A stretch of DNA of 64,000 bases. Source: an uncultured bacterium (GTDB lineage: Bacteria; Krumholzibacteriota; Krumholzibacteriia; LZORAL124-64-63). The notes under the pieces were generated by a model. The model was not told the DNA's origin and ran no database searches. It saw only the letters and a list, made by a program, of their open reading frames with translations. Position 1 is the stretch's first letter. The number at the start of each line of letters is the position of its first letter. Location: contig CAVSGO010000007.1 in assembly GCA_963727525.1 (NCBI GenBank), positions 2,080,001 through 2,144,000 of the forward strand. The letters run 5' to 3'. Positions 1-14,430 of this stretch are shown here, piece by piece. The translations under genes were made by a program, and so were the position numbers.

Positions 1-708
1 GCTCTGCGCCTGGTTGATCAGCTTCTCCTTCTCCTGCTGCGCCTCGTTCACCTCGTTGAACGACGGCTTCACCGGGTCGGGCGGATTGACGTTCTGCAGC
101 ACCACCTGATCCACCTTCACGCCGATCTCGTAATTGTCGCACAGGTCCTGCAGGCCGAGTTGCACCTGGTTGGCCACTTCGGCGCGGCCCACCGTGAGCA
201 CCTCGTTCACCGTGCGATCACCGACGACGCGCCGCATGACCGCCTCGCTCATCGAGCGGAACGTGTCACCCGGATTGCGCACCTGGAAGAGGTACATGTA
301 GGGGTCGACCACACGGAACTGCACCACCCACTCCACCACGGCGGCGTTGAGATCGCCGGTGAGCATGTTCGATTCCTCGTCGTAGCGGCGCGAGGAGTAC
401 TGCGTTTGCACGCCGGCTCGCACCGTGCGGAAGCCGAACTCCTCCTTCCACTGTCGCTGCACCGACACCTTCTTCACGCTCTCGATGCCGAAGGGCAGCT
501 TGAAGTGCAAACCCGGCTCGGCGGTGCGCACGTACTTGCCGAAGCGTAGCACCAGCGCCACCTCCTCCGGCTCCACCTGGTAGAAGCTCGTGAAGATCAC
601 CACCAGGATCAGGGCCAGCGGCGCGACGATGCGCAGCATGTTCGGGTTCAGGTGGGGGATCCGGATCTCCGGCCTCGGGATGTCGCCGAAATCATGTTGG
701 TCAGCCAT
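1..708 (-). CDS. hflK: FtsH protease modulator HflK (SPFH domain), 3' end runs off the window
   Basis: Not in the ORF track; translated by hand from the ATG at 708 (GAGGAG RBS): [76 protein letters not shown]...[19 protein letters not shown]...[32 protein letters not shown]. Confidence 0.92.
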   Translation of the reverse strand, partial: MADQHDFGDIPRPEIRIPHLNPNMLRIVAPLALILVVIFTSFYQVEPEEVALVLRFGKYVRTAEPGLHFKLPFGIESVKKVSVQRQWKEEFGFRTVRAGVQTQYSSRRYDEESNMLTGDLNAAVVEWVVQFRVVDPYMYLFQVRNPGDTFRSMSEAVMRRVVGDRTVNEVLTVGRAEVANQVQLGLQDLCDNYEIGVKVDQVVLQNVNPPDPVKPSFNEVNEAQQEKEKLINQAQS

Positions 709-875
709 CGGTATCTCCTCGTGGGATCGGTGTCCGGGTGGAACGTAGCCCGTCGCCCCCGTCGCCGAAACCACCAAGTCGTTTGAAACTGGCGGTTCGT
801 TTTCGTCGGCCTATCATGGGACCGTTCGTTAACCCTGTAAACCCCGGGATATTCGCCCGCAACGAGGAGGCGCGC

Positions 876-1460
876 ATGGAGCACAAGTTGCCCGACCTGC
901 CGTACGCCCACGATGCCCTGGAACCACACATCAGCCGCGAGACGCTGGAATACCACCACGACAAGCACCACGCGGCCTACGTCAAGAATCTGAACAACCT
1001 CATCAAGGGTACCGAGTTCGCCGAGCTGCCGCTGGAAGCGATCATCACGCGGGCGCCAGCGGGCGGCATCTTCAACAACGCCGCCCAGGTCTTCAACCAC
1101 ACATTCTACTTCGCCGGCCTCGAGCCCGGCGGCGGCGACGAGCCCAAGGGCGCCGTGAAGACTGCGATCGAGGCGAAGTGGGGCGATGTCGGCACCTTCC
1201 GCGAGGTGTTCACGAAGTGCGCGGTCGGCACCTTCGGCAGCGGCTGGGCATGGCTGGTGAAGAAAGCCGACGGCACGCTCGACCTGGTCTCGACAAGCAA
1301 CGCCGGCACCCCGCTCTCCGCGGGTGACAAGCCGCTGCTCTGCTGCGACGTGTGGGAGCACGCGTACTACGTCGACACGCGCAACGCCCGGCCGAAGTAC
1401 CTGGAGAACTGGTGGCGCGTGGTGAACTGGAGCTTCGTGGAGAAGAACTTCACGAGCTAG
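876..1460 (+). CDS. sodB: Superoxide dismutase, Fe-type signature
   Basis: ATG at 876 after GAGGAGG; motifs [45 protein letters not shown]. Confidence 0.95.
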   Translation: MEHKLPDLPYAHDALEPHISRETLEYHHDKHHAAYVKNLNNLIKGTEFAELPLEAIITRAPAGGIFNNAAQVFNHTFYFAGLEPGGGDEPKGAVKTAIEAKWGDVGTFREVFTKCAVGTFGSGWAWLVKKADGTLDLVSTSNAGTPLSAGDKPLLCCDVWEHAYYVDTRNARPKYLENWWRVVNWSFVEKNFTS

Positions 1461-2214
1461 CGCGCGCCAGGCGGTCGAGCGCCGCCGCCGCCAGCGCCAG
1501 TCCGAATATGCCCGGCAGGCTCATGTTGCTGGGTTGACGCTTGCGCACCCGGCCGCGCCGCAGCGCCGGACCCTCCCCGCCGAGGTCCGGCTCCAGCGGC
1601 GCCGCCGGCACCTCCAGCGAGTACACGCAGGTCACCCCGCCCGTCACTCCTCGCCGCTTCAGACGTACGCGCACCGCCCTCGCCAGCGGACACACGCTCG
1701 TGTCGGCGATGTCGGCCACGCGCACCTGGCCGGGGTCGCGCTTGGCGGCCGCACCCATGCTGCTGATCACGTGGTATCCTTGTGCCACACCGTACAGGAT
1801 CAGCCCCACCTTGGGATTGAGCGCGTCGATGGCGTCCACGAGCACGGGATGGTTCTCGCGCAGGCTCACGGGCAGCAGGGCATCGCGCGTGTCGTCGGCC
1901 ACGAAGGCGGATTCGGCGATCACGCTCGTATCCGGGCACACCGAACGCACCCAGTCCCCATAGACGTCGGCCTTCAGGCGCCCCACGTCAGCCGGCGTCA
2001 CCTCCGGCAACCGGTTCAACGACGACATGGTGACGCGGTCGAAGTCCACGAGTCGCAGCCGCCCGATCCCGCTGCGCGCCAGGCACACCGCGCAATGCGC
2101 CCCCACACCTCCCAGCCCCACCACGATGGCGCCCCCGGCGCGGATGCGCGCGAACCCGTCCTCACCATAGAGGTCGACGGTACGGGTGAAACGTTCGGGA
2201 AACGGGTGGCCCAT
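1450..2214 (-). CDS. tcdA: tRNA threonylcarbamoyladenosine dehydratase (ThiF/E1-like family)
   Basis: [42 protein letters not shown], CVYSxE; real start is MGHPFPERF at 2214. Confidence 0.88.
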   Translation of the reverse strand: MGHPFPERFTRTVDLYGEDGFARIRAGGAIVVGLGGVGAHCAVCLARSGIGRLRLVDFDRVTMSSLNRLPEVTPADVGRLKADVYGDWVRSVCPDTSVIAESAFVADDTRDALLPVSLRENHPVLVDAIDALNPKVGLILYGVAQGYHVISSMGAAAKRDPGQVRVADIADTSVCPLARAVRVRLKRRGVTGGVTCVYSLEVPAAPLEPDLGGEGPALRRGRVRKRQPSNMSLPGIFGLALAAAALDRLARASS

Positions 2215-2222
2215 GGAGTCCC

Positions 2223-2975
2223 TCAGATACGAAAAAGGTCCCGCGCATTCGCCGTGGTTCGTTCGGCGACGGCGGCGACGTCGACCTGTAGCACCTCCGC
2301 CAGACCCGCCGCGATGTCGCGCACATGGTGCGGCTCGGTGGCCGCCGCCGCCACGCCGTGCAGGCCGATGGACGGAGCGTCGGTCTCGAGCACGAGTCTG
2401 TCCAGCCCCACGACCGCAACGGCGCGGTGCAAGCGCTTTCCCTGCGGCCGCGTGACCGCGCCTCCGATGCCCAGGAAGAGACCCAACCCGACGAAACGCT
2501 TCGCAAGTTCTGGCCCTCGGCTGAATGCATGCAGGACGCCGCGCACCGGCGGCATGCGCCCGGCCAGCAGTGACGCCAACTCCTCGAAGGCCCCCCGACA
2601 GTGCAGCACGACCGGCAGATCGAGTTCGCGCGCCAGGTCGAGCTGCCGCTCGAGCACCGCGATCTGCACCTCCAGCCCCGGCCCCTCGATCTTCGTATCG
2701 AGCCCGATCTCCCCCACGGCCACGGCACCGACGGCCGCGAGCCGGCCCGCGAGGTCGACCGGATCCAGCGGCTGATCCGCCACCCACGGGTGCAACCCCA
2801 GCGCCGCGTGCACCCCGCCGTACCCCGCCGCGATCCGCGCCACCGCCTCCCACGACGCGGCATCGTAGCCCTGTGCCACCACGTCGCACACCCCGGCCTC
2901 GGCCGCGCGCGCCAGCACGCCGGCCACGTCGTCGGACAGCGGCGGGGAATCGAGGTGGCAGTGGGTGTCGATCAT
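2223..2975 (-). CDS. tatD: TatD-family metal-dependent hydrolase/DNase
   Basis: MIDTHCHL, GLHP, VGEIGLD, LHCR, VLHAF, LETDAP. Confidence 0.92.
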   Translation of the reverse strand: MIDTHCHLDSPPLSDDVAGVLARAAEAGVCDVVAQGYDAASWEAVARIAAGYGGVHAALGLHPWVADQPLDPVDLAGRLAAVGAVAVGEIGLDTKIEGPGLEVQIAVLERQLDLARELDLPVVLHCRGAFEELASLLAGRMPPVRGVLHAFSRGPELAKRFVGLGLFLGIGGAVTRPQGKRLHRAVAVVGLDRLVLETDAPSIGLHGVAAAATEPHHVRDIAAGLAEVLQVDVAAVAERTTANARDLFRI

Positions 2976-3039
2976 ATGCACGGCCGACTCCCTGTGTCCT
3001 GGGCCCGCGTACGATGATCGCTCAGAAACGCGGGTCGAG

Positions 3040-3330
3040 CCAGCCCAGCGATCGGTCGCCATCATGGCGGCCACGCACCAGCTCCTAGCCGCGGACGCGT
3101 TCATCGGGATGGCGCAGTACCAGGAGACGATCCAGACGGCTTTCCGCGACGTCCTCGCGCACGATCTACTCGCTTGCGCAGCGACGCGACATTGAGGGCG
3201 TCGATAGTGACCTCAGCGTGCTGGATGCGCAGACACACTCTTCGACGCCCGGCAGGGGCTGGTGGATGACCGCCTCGCGCAGTTCGTGAGACAGGGTGCA
3301 GCTCTTCGCGGTGCCGGGTGGTGGGAGCGA
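3040..3330 (+). pseudogene. Degraded remnant of an OprM/NodT-family outer-membrane efflux factor
   Basis: Colinear fragments across frames: QRSVAIMAATHQLLAADAFIG, AQYQETIQTAFRDV, EGVDSDLSVLDAQ, TLFDARQGLVDDRLAQ, VQLFAVPGGG, matching conserved C-terminal OMF motifs. Confidence 0.75.
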
Positions 3331-3420
3331 TCTCGTGCGCCAGCCCTAGCAAGCCGCCCCGACGCGAAGACCGGCGGTCTCATCGGAGACCGCCGGTCGC
3401 GTCGCGCAAGAGAGAGATGT

Positions 3421-3447
3421 CGGTCCGGGCCAACTCGGCCCGGACCG
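3421..3447. terminator. Perfect 11-bp hairpin just downstream of the CHRD gene
   Basis: CGGTCCGGGCC-aactc-GGCCCGGACCG. Confidence 0.65.
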
Positions 3448-3455
3448 CTACGTGG

Positions 3456-3938
3456 CTACTGGAACAGGGTCTTGACGCTTCCCCAGGAGGTCGGCTCGGT
3501 AGGGACGACCACGAAGGTGAAGTTGCCGCGGATGCAGCCGTCGGGGTAGTTCTCCTCGGCGACCTGGATGGCCAGCGCGGCGTTGTCGAGGGCGTCATGC
3601 ATCTCGGGGGTGATCGCGAACGTCCCCGCGAGCGGTGACCCCAGCGGCAGCGTCATCAGGGAAGGCCCCGTCTCGCCTGCCGCCGCGTGGAACAGGACCG
3701 CGCCCGTCTCGGGGCTTTCGAGACCAGCGAAGTTCAGTGTATACGCGGCCTGCGACCAGTCGTCCGCGACCACGAGCGTCGCCATGCCGTAGGCATCGGC
3801 CGCGCTGGCAGGCACGACGTAGTCGGGCAGCATCGTCGCCTGGAACACGATCTCCGCCTGTGCCGGCGTCGATGTCCCGAGCACGGCAATCAGGGCGAGG
3901 AACAGAATCGATGCACTCGTCAATCTCATGGTTGTCAT
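3456..3938 (-). CDS. Secreted CHRD-domain protein with C-terminal WGxxK tail
   Basis: Signal peptide (..PAQA-E); CHRD-like VVP..AYGMATL..YTLNFAGL..YPDGCIRG; ends VPTEPTSWGSVKTLFQ; GGAGG RBS. Confidence 0.8.
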   Translation of the reverse strand: MTTMRLTSASILFLALIAVLGTSTPAQAEIVFQATMLPDYVVPASAADAYGMATLVVADDWSQAAYTLNFAGLESPETGAVLFHAAAGETGPSLMTLPLGSPLAGTFAITPEMHDALDNAALAIQVAEENYPDGCIRGNFTFVVVPTEPTSWGSVKTLFQ

Positions 3939-4161
3939 GGCCAATCCTCCACCCCAGGTTGGGGTCGTTTGCGGTTCTGAGTCGCCTGATTATACGGGAG
4001 ATCACTTGATACGTCCACGTAAAACTTACGATAAGCTAAAATTTACACAATTTCACCAGCCAAAGGACCAATAATGCAAAGCAATGGAGACAATATCGCC
4101 AAATTAGAGCCTATTAAGACAATTTTATTCCAATATACACCCTCTGTCGCCCCCGTCGTCA

Positions 4162-4640
4162 TCATCGGGGACCGACAGGACGTCCGTGGACGCCGAGCAG
4201 GTCCCATGCCGGCACACGAAGGCGATCGCATCTGTGCCGCAGCAGCATCCTGAAGGAAGCCACAATCGCCAGCAAGTCGCGAATGCCCTTCTGCACCGCC
4301 TTGGGGTCTGGACGGCCGAACTGCTCTTCGGGTTCCTGGCGACGACGCTTCTGGTCGATGGCACCGCAGGTCTTGGCCATGAGTTGCGGAAGGATGTCGG
4401 GTCGCTTGAGCCAGTAATCCGGGGAGAAGGTCTGTGAACTGAAGGAGACGCGCCAGTGTAGGCAGAGAAACCTGGGGATACGTTGGGGATGGGCCTGGCG
4501 GGTGAAGAAGCCGATGCGTTTGAAACGCCAGCCTGGCTGGAGCTCACTGTGGAACAGGCAGTTATGGTTGGGGCAGAAGGGAGGCCGCCAGGTGGGTTGG
4601 TGGGATTCGGTGCACGCCATGGCTCCCGGCCAGGGCAAGC
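4162..4640 (-). pseudogene. Internally deleted transposase-like remnant (N-terminal Zn-ribbon)
   Basis: PPFCPNHNCLFH..GFFTR..RIPRFLCLHW..FSSQTFSPDYWLKRP (second Cys replaced by Trp) joined abruptly to FGRPDPKAVQKGIRDLL; lower GC; family not determined. Confidence 0.55.
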
Positions 4641-4692
4641 CGGTGGCCGGACACATTTTCGACGGCACAACCAAACCTTTTCTTGCGAATCG

Positions 4693-4721
4693 TTACCAAT
4701 CGCTTATCCATATGCTACTTT
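4693..4721 (+). promoter_or_regulatory. Putative sigma70 promoter for the iscA/act cluster
   Basis: TTACCA-17 nt-TACTTT with an extended TG before the -10. Confidence 0.4.
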
Positions 4722-4788
4722 CGAGGTCTGAAATCCACCACGCCCGCGCCCGACGGCGACGCGCGGCGTGCCGGGAGGGTAGAGAATA

Positions 4789-5112
4789 ATGATCAATCTG
4801 TCGCATTCCGCGGTTGCCGAGATCCGGAAGATGATGCAGGATCGTGGCCTCGCCGAAGCGGTGGTGCGTTTCGGAGTGGAGTCGGGCGGATGTTCCGGTA
4901 TGCAGTACAGCATGGACTTCGACGATCAGGTCCACGGTGATGATGAGGTCTTCACCCAGGATAACCTGAAGATCGTCTGCGACCGGAACTCGCTGACCTA
5001 CCTCGACGGCCTGAAGGTGGACTTTTCTACCAAGCTGATGGGTGGCGGGTTCAAGTTCGAGAACCCCAACGCCAGTCGCAGCTGTGGTTGCGGAACCTCC
5101 TTCCGCGTCTAG
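4789..5112 (+). CDS. HesB/IscA/ErpA-family A-type Fe-S carrier
   Basis: GGCSGMQY, GGGFKFENPNASRSCGCGTSF. Confidence 0.93.
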   Translation: MINLSHSAVAEIRKMMQDRGLAEAVVRFGVESGGCSGMQYSMDFDDQVHGDDEVFTQDNLKIVCDRNSLTYLDGLKVDFSTKLMGGGFKFENPNASRSCGCGTSFRV

Positions 5113-5253
5113 AACCGCACCAGCCTGTCGCGGGAACCCCGGTGAGGGGTTGCAATGGCGAGCATGAACGAGCGGTCTTGATCCGACCGCCTGGCCAGCC
5201 TCGGTGCGCCCGGGGCGCTCACGTCGGACCTGGCAGCAATAGGGGAGCGTTCC

Positions 5254-5979
5254 TTGGCGAGCGACGACCGCGAGAACCGTACGGGCCGCCCCGCAGACGA
5301 CGGCGCCCATCAGGACCCTGATTCCCGCCATCACCGCTTACTCTTTCCTCGCTGGACCAACGCCATGGGTCCAGCCATGGGCATCCTCGGCGTCGGTGGC
5401 CTGATCTACCTCACGGTGATCATCACTATGGTTTTCAACCCCAAGACGTCCGCCATCGGCTACGCGCCGGAGCAGCCGGTGCCCTACAGCCATGCGCTGC
5501 ATGTCGGCACATTGGGTCTGGACTGCCGCTACTGCCACACGACGGTGGAGAAGGCGGCCTACGCGGCCCTGCCCTCGGCCGAGATCTGCATGAATTGCCA
5601 CAAATCGATATGGTCGGAGAGCCCCAAGCTCTTGCCCATCCGCGAGGCGTACGCCACCGGCAAGCCCGTGCGCTGGGTCAAGATCCATGACTTGCCCGAT
5701 TTCGCCTACTTCGACCACAGCGCGCACGTGAATGCCGGTGTGGGGTGCGTCACCTGTCATGGCCGCATCGACAAGATGGAGGTCGTGTCGCAGCAGAAGA
5801 AGCTCACGATGAGCTGGTGCGTCGCATGCCATCGCAACCCCGACCCCAACCTGCGTCCGCGCGAGTTCGTGACGTCGATGGAGTGGGTGCCCGATAAGGA
5901 TCCCTCCGTCCTGGGCAGCGAGCTGCGCAAGAAGCACAACATCAACCCGTCCACCGATTGCTCCACGTGCCACCGTTAG
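5254..5979 (+). CDS. actA: Alternative complex III pentaheme cytochrome c subunit
   Basis: One TM helix; GYAPEQPVPYSH; five CxxCH (CRYCH, CMNCH, CVTCH, CVACH, CSTCH); start codon uncertain. Confidence 0.93.
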   Translation: MASDDRENRTGRPADDGAHQDPDSRHHRLLFPRWTNAMGPAMGILGVGGLIYLTVIITMVFNPKTSAIGYAPEQPVPYSHALHVGTLGLDCRYCHTTVEKAAYAALPSAEICMNCHKSIWSESPKLLPIREAYATGKPVRWVKIHDLPDFAYFDHSAHVNAGVGCVTCHGRIDKMEVVSQQKKLTMSWCVACHRNPDPNLRPREFVTSMEWVPDKDPSVLGSELRKKHNINPSTDCSTCHR

Positions 5980-6005
5980 GCGCGAGCGCTGGGAAGGATT
6001 GCCGC

Positions 6006-9119
<3,114 letters not shown>

Positions 9120-9133
9120 ACGGAGCCTGACGC

Positions 9134-10605
<1,472 letters not shown>

Positions 10606-10609
<4 letters not shown>

Positions 10610-11160
10610 GCGCACCGGCCGATCGGTTCTATGGCTTGATGACGGAATTCGAGGATCCGCGCGAATTCGTCGTCGCCTGCACCAAGGTGCGTGACTCGGG
10701 CTTTCTCCACTGGGACGCCCACACGCCCTTCCCCGTGCACGGCATGGACGAGGCCATGGGCATCCGCGGCACCAGGTTGCCATTCATCATCCTCGGCGGT
10801 GGTTTGACGGGTATGGGACTGTCGTTGCTCATGATCTGGTGGATGAACGGGGTGAACTACCCCTTCGTCATCAGCGGCAAACCGCTCTTCGGCTTGCCCG
10901 CGGCCATTCCCATCACCTTCGAGTTGACGGTCTTGCTGAGCGCCCTGTCCACCTTCTTCGGGATGTGGCTGAGCAACGGCCTACCACGTCTCTCGCACCC
11001 TCTGTTCAGTAGCGAGCGATTCCGGCGCGCCACGGCCGATCGGTTCTTCATAGTCATCGAGGCGCGCGATCCGCATTTCGATCGCGGGAAGACGCGCGAG
11101 TTCCTGGCCTCCCTCGGCGGCACCGTCGTGGAGGAGATCCACGACCTGGCGGAGGATTGA
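10606..11160 (+). CDS. actD: ACIII subunit D (DUF3341)
   Basis: GTG overlaps the actC stop (GTGA); [28 protein letters not shown]. Confidence 0.93.
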
Positions 11161-11163
11161 CGC

Positions 11164-11811
11164 ATGCCCCGTTCGCTCATCATCATCGGGCTCATCCTGG
11201 TCACGTTCACGCTCGTGCCCCTGGCCTGCATCGTGAAGGCACAGCACGATCCGGCCAAGCGCTTGCCGCGCTACCAGGTGGTCCCGGACATGGACACGCA
11301 GCCCAAGTTCAAGACGCAGGCGGAGAACCCCTTCTTCGCCGACGATCGCGCCATGCGGGAGCCGGTGGCCGGTACGGTGGCGCGGGAACACTTCTTCACC
11401 GATCAGCGCGAAGCCACGGGCAGGGAGCCGGACAGCACCTTCACCACCGTCTTCCCGCTGAAGGTCACCGATACCCTGCTTCGCCGCGGCCAGGAGCGCT
11501 TCGGCATCTACTGCACGCCATGCCATGGACTCGGTGGCGCTGGCGACGGCATGGTACACAAGCGCGCCGAGGCCTTGCAGCAAGGCACATGGACGCCGCC
11601 GGCCGATCTCGCCAGCGAGACCGTCGTGGCACGCCCCGTGGGCCACCTCTTCAACACGATCACCAACGGGATCCGCAACATGCCGGCGTATGGCCACCAG
11701 ATCCCGGTCGACGATCGCTGGGCCATCGTGGCGTACGTGCGTGCCCTCCAGCGCGCCCGCAACGCGACGTTGCAGGATGTACCCGAAGACAAGCGTAGCA
11801 ATCTGAGGTAA
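11164..11811 (+). CDS. actE: ACIII monoheme cytochrome c subunit E
   Basis: DMDTQPKFK, PVAGTVAR, RGQERFGIYCTPCHG, ITNGIRNMPAY, DRWAIVAYVRALQ. Confidence 0.93.
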   Translation: MPRSLIIIGLILVTFTLVPLACIVKAQHDPAKRLPRYQVVPDMDTQPKFKTQAENPFFADDRAMREPVAGTVAREHFFTDQREATGREPDSTFTTVFPLKVTDTLLRRGQERFGIYCTPCHGLGGAGDGMVHKRAEALQQGTWTPPADLASETVVARPVGHLFNTITNGIRNMPAYGHQIPVDDRWAIVAYVRALQRARNATLQDVPEDKRSNLR

Positions 11812-11816
11812 TCGCA

Positions 11817-13031
11817 ATGCAACATTCCGATTCTCCCCGTCTCAGCGACACGAAGATCGAGATGGGTTCGCTCGGACGGCGGGTGACGACCGTCGCCGGT
11901 GGCGTGGGCGTGCTCGCCCTGGCCGTGGCTGTCCTGCTCGGAATGCGCGAAAACGATCACCTGCGGCATTTTTCGTTCAGCTACCTGGTGAACTACGCTT
12001 ACTTCCTGAGCATCTCGCTCGGCGCCCTGGTCTTTCTGCCGATCCAGCACGTGACGCGCTCGAGCTGGTCGGTCGTGATCCGGCGTCTCGCGGAGGTCGC
12101 GGCGGCCGCCTTGCCGCTGATGGCGCTGCTGCTCGTGCCCATCCTGCTGAACCTGGGCCACATCTACTCCTGGGTGCACGGCGATCCGCAGTACCCGGCC
12201 GAGCTGCTGGCCAAGAAACGCGGCTTCCTGAATCCCACGTTCTTCGTCATCCGCTGGATCGTCTACTTCGGTCTGTGGACGTGGCTCGCCATGTTCTTCT
12301 GGCGCACCAGTCGCCGCCAGGACGCCACTCGCGACCACTGGCTCAGCCTGCGCATGATGAACCGCTCGGGTCCGGCCATCGTGATCTTCGCGCTGTCCTG
12401 TTCGCTCGCGAGCATCGATCTGCTGATGACGCTCGACTACGCCTGGTTCTCCACGATGTTCGGCGTCTACTACTGGGCTGGCGGGTTCGTGGCGTTCTTC
12501 GGCTTCCTCACGCTCGCCACCATGCTACTGCAGCGTAGCGGACGCATGGAACGGATCGTGTCGATGGAGCACTACCACGATTACGGCAAGCTGATGTTCG
12601 CCTTCACGTTCTTCTGGGCCTACATCGCCTTCAGCCAGTACATGCTCTACTGGTACGCCAACATCCCCGAGGAAACCGCGTGGTACCTGGCGCGGCAGAG
12701 CCACGGCTGGGCGCGGGTGGGTCTTGGTCTCGTGTTCGGTACGTGGATGATCCCCTTCGCCGGACTCATGTCGCGCTTCACGAAGCGCCACAAAGCGACG
12801 CTGGCCTTCTTCGCAGTCTGGATCGCCGCGGCGCAGTGGATGAACGTGTACTGGGTGACGATGCCGGTGTTCAGCCCCGAGCGCGTGCCGTTCTCGCTCA
12901 TGGATCCCCTGTGCTTCCTCGGGATCGGCGGGCTCTGGCTCGCCACGGTGGCGTGGCTGGCGTCGCTCGATAAATTGGTGCCCGTGGGCGATCCGCGGCT
13001 GGTCGATTCCCTCGAGTTCGAGAACGCTTAG
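11817..13031 (+). CDS. actF: ACIII membrane subunit F
   Basis: About 10 TM helices; WFSTMFG, HYHDYGKLMFAF, YIAFSQYMLYWYANIPEET. Confidence 0.93.
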   Translation: MQHSDSPRLSDTKIEMGSLGRRVTTVAGGVGVLALAVAVLLGMRENDHLRHFSFSYLVNYAYFLSISLGALVFLPIQHVTRSSWSVVIRRLAEVAAAALPLMALLLVPILLNLGHIYSWVHGDPQYPAELLAKKRGFLNPTFFVIRWIVYFGLWTWLAMFFWRTSRRQDATRDHWLSLRMMNRSGPAIVIFALSCSLASIDLLMTLDYAWFSTMFGVYYWAGGFVAFFGFLTLATMLLQRSGRMERIVSMEHYHDYGKLMFAFTFFWAYIAFSQYMLYWYANIPEETAWYLARQSHGWARVGLGLVFGTWMIPFAGLMSRFTKRHKATLAFFAVWIAAAQWMNVYWVTMPVFSPERVPFSLMDPLCFLGIGGLWLATVAWLASLDKLVPVGDPRLVDSLEFENA

Positions 13032-13043
13032 GAGACGGTGGTC

Positions 13044-13331
13044 ATGCCTGCTGCGCGCGAAAACCTGGACACGCCGATGATCGTGACGATCGGCGCCCTC
13101 CTGGTTATTCTCACGTTCGTGCTCATCTTGTTGCTGCAAGCCTGGTTCTTCCAGGCTCAGGGCCAGGAGTACAGCCGCAAGGTCGTCAATCAGCGCAACG
13201 AGGACCTGGCCACCCTGCAGGCCGCCCAGGCGGAGGCTCTGCACAGCTACCGCTGGATCGACAAGGACAAGGGCGTGGTGAGTATCCCGATCGACCGCGC
13301 CATGGACGCCATCGTTCGCGAAGGCCTCTGA
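13044..13331 (+). CDS. actG: ACIII small subunit G-like protein
   Basis: Single TM; LHSYRWIDKDKGVVSIPIDRAM; located between actF and sco. Confidence 0.75.
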   Translation: MPAARENLDTPMIVTIGALLVILTFVLILLLQAWFFQAQGQEYSRKVVNQRNEDLATLQAAQAEALHSYRWIDKDKGVVSIPIDRAMDAIVREGL

Positions 13332-13378
13332 CCCGACCCGCCGCCGCGCCGGGCCTTCGCGGGAAGGATCCGATTCCC

Positions 13379-14242
13379 ATGTCTGCAAGGGCTCGACGCC
13401 ACGACCGGTGCCTCCTCGTGATTCCCGTGCTGCTGCTTGCGTTCACCGCCGCCGCCCAGAACCCGCAATCCGGTCAGGCGTCGGCCGACCGGGCAGAACC
13501 CTTGCCCAGCGAGCTGCAAGGCGTGGGCATCGCCGAACACCTCGGCGCCCAGGTACCCCTCGACCTCGTCTTCCATGACGAGACTGGCCGCGAGGTCCGC
13601 CTCGGCGACTACCTCGACGGCACCCGTCCCGTGGTGCTCAACCTGCTCTACTTCAGCTGCCCGATGCTGTGCGGCCTGGTCGACAATGGCCTCACCGACG
13701 CCATGAAAGGCATGACCCAGTCAGTGGGTAGCGAGTTCAACGTGCTGTCGGTGAGTATCGACCCGCGCGACACTCCCACGGTGGCCGAGGCCAAGCGCGG
13801 GCACTACCTCAGCGAGTACGGGCGCCCGGGCGCCGAGGCGGGGTGGCACTGGCTCACCGGCGAGAAGGACGCCATCAAGGCGCTCTGCGACACGGTCGGC
13901 TTCGGCTTCAAGTGGAACGAGGAGCGGCAGGAATTCGCCCATGCGGCCGCCCTCGTCATCCTGACGCCCACCGGCAAGGTGAGCCGGTATCTCTACGGCG
14001 TGATCTACCCCCCGCGCACGTTGCAGCTCTCCCTCGTCGAGGCTGCCGACGGCAAGACCGCCGACACCCTGGACAAGGTGCTTCTCTTCTGCTTCCACTA
14101 CGACGCCAGCAAGGGCAAGTACGGGCCGGCGGCCGCCAACCTCATGAAGGCGGGTGGCGCCATCACGGTCCTCGTGCTTGGCGCGGGCATCTTCTGGCTG
14201 CGGCGACGGGAGCAGAAGCCCACGGGAGCCCCGACTGCCTAG
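13379..14242 (+). CDS. SCO1/SenC copper chaperone for CuA assembly
   Basis: YFSCPMLC, SVSIDP, FAHAAA, SRYLYG, LFCFHYD. Confidence 0.92.
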   Translation: MSARARRHDRCLLVIPVLLLAFTAAAQNPQSGQASADRAEPLPSELQGVGIAEHLGAQVPLDLVFHDETGREVRLGDYLDGTRPVVLNLLYFSCPMLCGLVDNGLTDAMKGMTQSVGSEFNVLSVSIDPRDTPTVAEAKRGHYLSEYGRPGAEAGWHWLTGEKDAIKALCDTVGFGFKWNEERQEFAHAAALVILTPTGKVSRYLYGVIYPPRTLQLSLVEAADGKTADTLDKVLLFCFHYDASKGKYGPAAANLMKAGGAITVLVLGAGIFWLRRREQKPTGAPTA

Positions 14243-14430
14243 GCGCGACAGAATTCCTCCGCCTTTTGTATTGCATTTCCGAGGGATTGAATAGATATTG
14301 AGAGCCGAAATCCGGTGGCTCTCACAGCCTCGGAAGACCCCCGGCGCCACGGCGCCTTGCCGCCCGAGCGATGTCGGGTCCAGCCGGGAATCCGGGTCCA
14401 GCTATCGCCAAGACAAGGAGATGCACGACC

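Noticed and set aside
1450-2889. Long N-terminal extensions in the ORF track (tcdA; likewise asnS, attH-like, ctaA from 27571, CBS from 28644, cox IV from 17327)
   Set aside because: Open-frame run-ons over neighbouring genes; the real starts are set by RBS and family motifs.
3960-4140. AT-rich stretch as a possible ncRNA, riboswitch or replication origin
   Set aside because: No recognisable RNA motif or DnaA-box cluster; most simply the promoter region of the CHRD gene.
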